This document shows positions 57,165 through 64,000 of a DNA stretch of 64,000 nucleotides, piece after piece (the stretch's first letter is position 1; the number at the start of each line of letters is the position of its first letter). Location of the stretch: positions 67,022,001 to 67,086,000 of the forward strand of contig OX597833.1 of NCBI GenBank assembly GCA_951406725.2, read 5' to 3'. The position numbers and the translations under genes were made by a program. Source of the stretch: Octopus vulgaris. Taxonomy: Eukaryota. The notes beneath the pieces were generated by a model. That model searched no databases. It was not told the DNA's origin and saw only the letters and a list, made by a program, of their open reading frames with translations.

Positions 57165-59084
57165 GTGTGTGTATATATAAGTGTGTGTTTGTGTGTTTTT
57201 GTGTGTGTACACAATGGAAATTATATTACCAACATCGTAAGTAGTATATAAGTAAATAATGAACTCACACGCACACCAATGCAATGTATGTATATATATG
57301 TGTATGCATGTATGTATATATATGTATATATATGTATATATGTATATATGTATATATGTATGTATATATATATATATATATTTTTATGTATGTATATATA
57401 TATGTATATGTTTGTATATATATGTATATATGTATATGTATGTATATATGTATATATGTACATATATATGTATATATACATATATGCATTTGTGTATGTA
57501 TGTATGTATGTATATATATATACATATACGCATGCATGTGTATATACGTGTATGTGGGTATATATATTTCTGATATATACCCGAGTACATGAGTGCACGT
57601 ATGTATATGTGCTTACATATGTGCTTCAGTGCATGTATGTATATATGTATGTATATTATATATAACACAGTTCTGGATGCTTTCCTCGTGTTGTGAAGTT
57701 TTACAAATACTGGTCGTATTTCGCCGCAGGAAATGAAATTCCTAAGTGGCGACAGAAATCTGAGTTCGATTTAACTGAGTGTCTGAAGTAAAGAGTTAAA
57801 CATTTTCTTCCTGTACAGAGTTAATTTGTTCAGTAAGGCCTATTTTGAAATTCATACACACCGAGGTTGCGAACGGCTTTTTACGAAATATTTATAGTAT
57901 TTCTAACGTTATTTTCACTGTAAAATATTTTTTAAATATGCCAAAAAAAATGTTTGTAATTGTATTAACTTGAAAACATATTTAAAATATTGTATCTTTC
58001 AAGAAAATATAAATACTTACTGTACAAAAAAATTATATTTTTGAAATCAAATTTATTTTTAAAAAATTCTAAATTAAAAGCAAAAATAGAAACATTTACT
58101 GTAAAAGACAATTATTTTTTCCTTGTCAAGTAATTGTGTCTCATCGAATGGTTAGAGTTTCTTCCCTTTCAGGATTAAGTTATTTTCCCCATTATGCGAC
58201 AGTTTGGCTGGGTAACATTGCAAGCAAGCAGATTGAAGCTTACTTTTAAAGTATATATATATATACACACATAATACTTCAAATTTGTTTACAGGAAATG
58301 TTTTAAATATGTATATAAATGATCCTATTTCATTTATGGCGGCCACACCACAGCCTAATGATGCCAACTGGCAATATCAGTTGTACACCGAATTGTACCG
58401 ATGTAATGAAGGTTAAATATAGTAATAGTAACAATAATCCTTGGATGGAATTTATAAATACTTTAATGCATCCATACGCGCGTTTCCACAAATCACCTGT
58501 TTCTTAAGATCATAGGCTGTATTCATAGCATGACTCCAGTACAGCTTGTTGTATCCATGGACATCGGGTAGATTATGCTCATGCATTCGTTTCTCCAGGG
58601 TGCATGGCATTCACGCATTTTAAACTGAGAGTTGTTTCTCAATTTTGATGAGTGAACAGGTTGATTGGGGTACGTGGGCATTTCTGGGTGTATTTGGTGG
58701 GGAAGGAGTAGAAGTTGATGGAAACGGAGGAAGGAGTGGTAGTTATAAGCATATGGAGGTGCGTGTGGTGATGTTGGACTGATTTTGATATTTGAGGACG
58801 CAGATGTCAGGATGGGTAGTACAGTTATTTTTGCCTGACCTCAGTCACAGCAAGCGCCTCCTCAGTGAGTTCAAAAGTGGTCTGATCAGTAAGTACAGCT
58901 CTTCAGTTGTTCGAGTTCATTATCTCCATTACCAAATGATATTTTCATAGATATGGCATAATGGTATGTCATATAGCATTTGAAAATAGAGGTTATTTAG
59001 TTTAGTTGTTTACAGGTTCGTCTCTTATTCTATTATATGCTAAAGGCGGTTAGTGTCTTTCTCTCTTTCAAAATATTTTTGCTT

Positions 59085-59480
59085 TTAGAATTCTAAGAAT
59101 GATGCTTTGCTTTTATGCTGACTCAATATAGTAACTTCGTAGTGTCTATCAATTATGTTTTCTCTGGATATAATGATCTGCAGAGTTTCCTCTGCACATA
59201 AGTTGCACATCCGTAATGTTCTATTGTATGGTGCAGCATTTATAATAATAAACTAGTGGAACGTATGCTCCAATTCGTTCTGTTTGAGCTTCCAGATGAG
59301 TTTAGATAGTGATGTGGAGTGCCTTTTCGTTACTTTGAAAAATGTCTTAAGATGGCTGTGCAGACGACTTTTCAGGATGTCTCTCGTACCGCCAACGTAC
59401 ATCTATTTCTATGTACCTACCTTCACCTCATATATTTAAAATACATTCTTTATCACGCAGTTGTTTTTAAAACTACATTC
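59085..59480 (-). pseudogene. Decayed GIY-YIG endonuclease C-terminus of a different Penelope-like element
   Basis: Manual minus-strand translation: ECSFKNNCVIKNVF*IYEVKVGT*K*MYVGGTRDILKSRLHSHLKTFFKVTKRHSTSLSKLIWKLKQNELEHTFH*FIIINAAPYNRTLRMCNLCAEETLQIIISRENIIDRHYEV... It matches the YIG-T..R...H..ST.LSK.IW.LK..W.I..A.PY..C.LC..E pattern. Several in-frame stops. Confidence 0.8.
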
Positions 59481-60060
59481 CAACTTCAGTCGAGAAGAGG
59501 AATAAACAACCCACAATTAAACATGCGTTAATGCCATATCGCGTACAGAAATGAAAGCATTAGACGTGATCTCTTCGATGACTATGGATACAACGGATTG
59601 TACTGTAATCATCCTAGGAATACGGAGTATGATCTTAAGCACATGTGATATGTGGAAACGCGCGTAGAGATGCATTAAAATATTTATAAACTCCATTCAA
59701 GAATTTTTCATGATCATTCAGTATTTTAAATCCGGGTTTTGTCCTCATTAACAGGGGTGGCCGGATCTACCTCAATTCCGTTGCAACCGAGGTAGGCAGG
59801 TGCAGCCCACCCCATTCTCGTTTGCTATCGTGATGCTTTTTAGAGCTGGATTTTTCTACGGGGGGGGGATGTCCTTGCTTACCCACAACCTTAGTTTCTA
59901 GACATGAACGGTCCCGAGTCCAAGGTCTCTTAGCTCAAGTATACAGGGACGCTATTCCCTGAGATCCCTTTCAGAGCCCCCTATCTCTTGTTATTATTAA
60001 TTTAACTGCACACATGCAGTTGGTCATTTCTTTTCCTTCTTTAGATTTTTCATTTTTTCT

Positions 60061-60093
60061 TTTCCGACGAAGGGCGATGCTCTAAACGTCAAA
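60061..60093 (+). ncRNA. Minimal hammerhead-like motif, family 1 (degenerate)
   Basis: UUU CCGACGA A GGGC-GAU-GCUC UAAA C GU C AAA. Confidence 0.5.
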
Positions 60094-60153
60094 CTTTCTC
60101 TCTCTTTCCAATCACGGAGCTTAGTGTCCCCACTTAGCCCAAAACAATATTTG

Positions 60154-60191
60154 TGTACCAATGGTTTCTGGGTTATATCCCTTCATCAGCA
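60154..60191 (-). ncRNA. Type I hammerhead-like motif with intact core
   Basis: UG CUGAUGA A GGG-AUAUAA-CCC A GAA ACC-AUU-GGU A CA: canonical CUGANGA/GAAA, 3-bp helix III, GUA triplet, short helix I. Confidence 0.65.
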
Positions 60192-60521
60192 GAAAATATC
60201 TGCTCGGCTAGAGATGGCGACACTAGACTCTTGTTCAAAATGTATACTTTTTAAAAGCGACACACAGCACGTATCTCATAAATAGAAAAAAAAATACTAT
60301 TTCTAAGTCTCTGAACGAGAAATATTCAGTAACAGTACACTAGAGTAAAGATTACTTGCCAACATAATGTAGTACTCCTGATTAGGACCAATGTTACTAT
60401 TGTTCAACCCCAGGAAACATCGTCTCCAGCTGGCTATCGATGTATTATCTGCGCCCTCATATTTTCGAACAAGAGACTGTAACCACTCAGCCCAACGTGA
60501 GGACACTAAGCACTATTACAG

Positions 60522-60599
<78 letters not shown>

Positions 60600-60624
60600 G
60601 TCTCTCTCTCTCTGTCTCTCTCTC

Positions 60625-60788
<164 letters not shown>

Positions 60789-61115
60789 CCTATTTATCTA
60801 TTTATATATGTATCTATTTATCTATATATCTACATTACATTATATACATAAAGACACACACCCACACACGAATATATTTCCTATAACATTCACAAAATCA
60901 TGAGACAAACATCCATAGATGTCCCCACTCAGCCCCATTGTGATGATATTGAGTGTGGTGGACACTAAGCTCCCTTGTTCGAAAATATCTATCTATATTA
61001 TAATGACACACACATACACAAACGAATATATTTCCTACAATATTCATCAGAAAAGCATAAGTTTATCATCCAAAGATGTCGATGATAATTCACATAGAAT
61101 AAATTCCTATGAATG

Positions 61116-61177
<62 letters not shown>

Positions 61178-61789
61178 TACATAAATATATATATACGATA
61201 TGTAAAACTCACAGACATACTCACACGAGCAGACACACATAATGAAAATTTTTTTTTATCAGACTTAAGTACGTATCTGGGTTTCTATCGAATTAACAAT
61301 AGAAACCTCGAGTTTGAGACCTCCTAAAAAATATTGGATTAAGAATGTCGTCAGCGAGACAAAATAAGATTTTATCGGTGTATTTACCACTTAAATCTTA
61401 TTTCCTCTCACGATCACGTTGTTAATTCTAAGTCATAAGACATGACCATATCACACACCCACACACACACACACACACACAGACGCACATACACATACAC
61501 ATACACAGGTAAACATTCACACACATACACACAGGTGTATTCATATTCACATGTATATACATAAATACATATAACTTTATTTATGCAATTATATATATAT
61601 ATATATATATATATACAATTAAAGGCTCCTAAATAAAGATGCCAAGTGCTGGGATTTAGGAGCCTTTAATTGTATAACCACATGATTAATATTTTTCTAT
61701 ATGAATAATATTTTCGTCTTATGACTAATTCGTCTTTTGTGCTGGGCACCTGGTAGTAAATAATATTACTACCCTTCTTGTTTATATTC

Positions 61790-61829
<40 letters not shown>

Positions 61830-61844
61830 CACACGGATACACAG

Positions 61845-61918
<74 letters not shown>

Positions 61919-61921
<3 letters not shown>

Positions 61922-62390
61922 TATTGTATTTACATACATACACGTTTTAATACATATGTGCAAATATATGCATATATACATATATATATTTTATATTGTA
62001 CCTACACGTTTGTATATGTATATATGCAAATATATGCATATGTATTTATATATACATGTATACACCTATATGTGCATATATACAAAATATATACATATAT
62101 ATATATATATCCACATAAGTTCACATAAGTTCATATATATATATATATATGCATATATATATATATATGAATATATATATATATATATTTAATATTGTAT
62201 TTACATACATACACGTTTTAATACATATGTGCAAATATATGCATATATACATATATATATATTTTATATTGTACCTACACGTTTGTATATGTATATATGC
62301 AAATATATGCATATGTATTTATATATACATGTATACACATATATGTGCATATATACAAACTATATACATATATATATCCACATAAGTTCA
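61919..62390 (+). repeat. Tandem duplication of a low-complexity unit (~270-bp period)
   Basis: TAATATTGTATTTACATACATACACGTTTTAATAC...CCACATAAGTTCA at ~61919 and ~62190. Confidence 0.85.
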
Positions 62391-62817
62391 TGTATTTGTA
62401 GGCTTATATATACACGCATACATACACATACGGACACACGCTCGCACACACACACCTACTAATACATGTCACAATGTTATGTTAAAAGTTAAAGATCATG
62501 TCAAATCTTAGTTTAAAAAAATAAATATTAATATAATAGAATATTTAGATTTACACAATTACATTTCAATACTAAGCAACAGATATAAGAAACATGAACC
62601 AGTGATGGAGATGCGTTAATTCAATGAACATTCGAAATATACCTCTTCGGTGAGCTGGCAGAGCTTGAAGAGCATCGAATAATTAACTTGTGCACATCGT
62701 ATTTGAGCTGTTTCGCACTGATTTCATATACTGCTAAGATTAAATTTGATCTTCAATTATTTATCAGTAAAGCATTAGTTTTGTAATGGAACCTCTTCGA
62801 TATGTATATTTATATAC

Positions 62818-62861
<44 letters not shown>

Positions 62862-63216
62862 GAGAGAGAGAGAGAGGAGATAAATACAGTGTACATTTAA
62901 ACACATAAGAGGCATCCATCATTAGGACTCCTTGCACGCTAGAGAGAACAGTTAGATGCTAAACCACTATTAGGGATAAATTTTCTAAGGGAATGAAAAA
63001 TATAAACATTTGCCATCTAAACCCTGGACCAACGGTTTCAGACTTGCCTTAGGGAATCGGGAAAAATTAGATAGATACATACACACACAGACAATTAGAT
63101 AGATAGACAAACAGACATATAGACAGATATAACTATATAGATAGATAAATAGATAGAGTGGGAGAGGTTTATTTTCAATGAGATGTGCTCAATACACTGA
63201 AATTTCATTACAAAGC

Positions 63217-63961
63217 ATTTTTCTCTTCCCCGTCCTCCTTTCTTTTTCTCTTTTCATTGTGTACCTATTGATATATCTGCAAATAAACACAATTAAACAC
63301 AATTTCTCACAAGGCCAAGTGACCTTTAAAAGATTTCAGTTTTAGGAAATAGTAAAAAAAATACCAAAAGAGGGTGGTTGCGGTCATCCTTGAAAACAAA
63401 GTTCAAAGTTCAAAGTACTATGTTAATGTTTATTCCTTTACACTTGTATAGTCAAGTCCCATATTTTGCGTAATTCAATGGTTTGCATGAACAAACATTA
63501 AATATTAGTATAATATTCCTAAATTAGGAAAATAAAGTCAGACTATAAAAAATTAATTTGGTACTGTTGATAATTCAATCAAATCTTTATGTACATTCAA
63601 TCAATAGATTGAATTATAAACAGTACCAAATTAATTTTTTATAGTCTGACTTTATTTTGCTAATTTAAGAATATTATACTAACAGTTCATGTTTGTTCAT
63701 GCTAAACATGGAATTACAGAGAATACGGGACTCGACAATACAAGTGTAAAGGAATATACGTTTTCATAGGACTTTGAACTCTTTTTTTTTTATTTTTCAG
63801 AGGTGAACGCATCCTCCCCACTTTTGCTGTTTTTTTACTAGTTCCTAACATTGACATCTTTGAAAGGTCAACTGCGCTTATGAGAAAATGTGTTTATTTA
63901 CGAATATATTGATAGGTATACAATGAAAAGAAAAAAAAGAAAAAAGGAGAAAGAAAAAATG
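63217..63961. repeat. Long fold-back inverted repeat, ~360-bp arms, 26-nt spacer
   Basis: AAAATAAAGTCAGACTATAAAAAATTAATTTGGTACTGTT vs AACAGTACCAAATTAATTTTTTATAGTCTGACTTTATTTT; similarity continues outward with more mismatches. Confidence 0.9.
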
Positions 63962-64000
63962 AAAAATTCTTTGTAATGAAATTTCAATGGATTGACCAAA

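Overview
AT-rich, microsatellite-saturated eukaryotic DNA with no confidently identifiable host protein-coding gene. The repeat content ((TA)n/(CA)n/(TATC)n/(AAT)n runs and several tRNA-derived SINE families) suggests an octopod cephalopod genome; this is inference from recalled repeat sequences, not a search. The only intact coding sequence is a Penelope-like retroelement (PLE; reverse transcriptase + C-terminal GIY-YIG endonuclease). It is present as a near-identical head-to-head inverted pair (~47966-53041) inserted into a (TA)n tract, with a 9-nt microhomology at the inversion junction. The window also holds a decayed GIY-YIG relic of a second PLE type (59085-59480) and at least nine hammerhead-ribozyme-like motifs, many in short elements anchored on (TA)n runs, several with variant cores or no helix-III loop. 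Other features: four SINE families (one head carrying three different tails), TTAA-flanked piggyBac-type MITEs, a non-autonomous Helitron, many fold-back inverted repeats, and a cluster of RFX X-box motifs at 16.3-16.9 kb. Almost all other ORFs in the supplied track are microsatellite translations.
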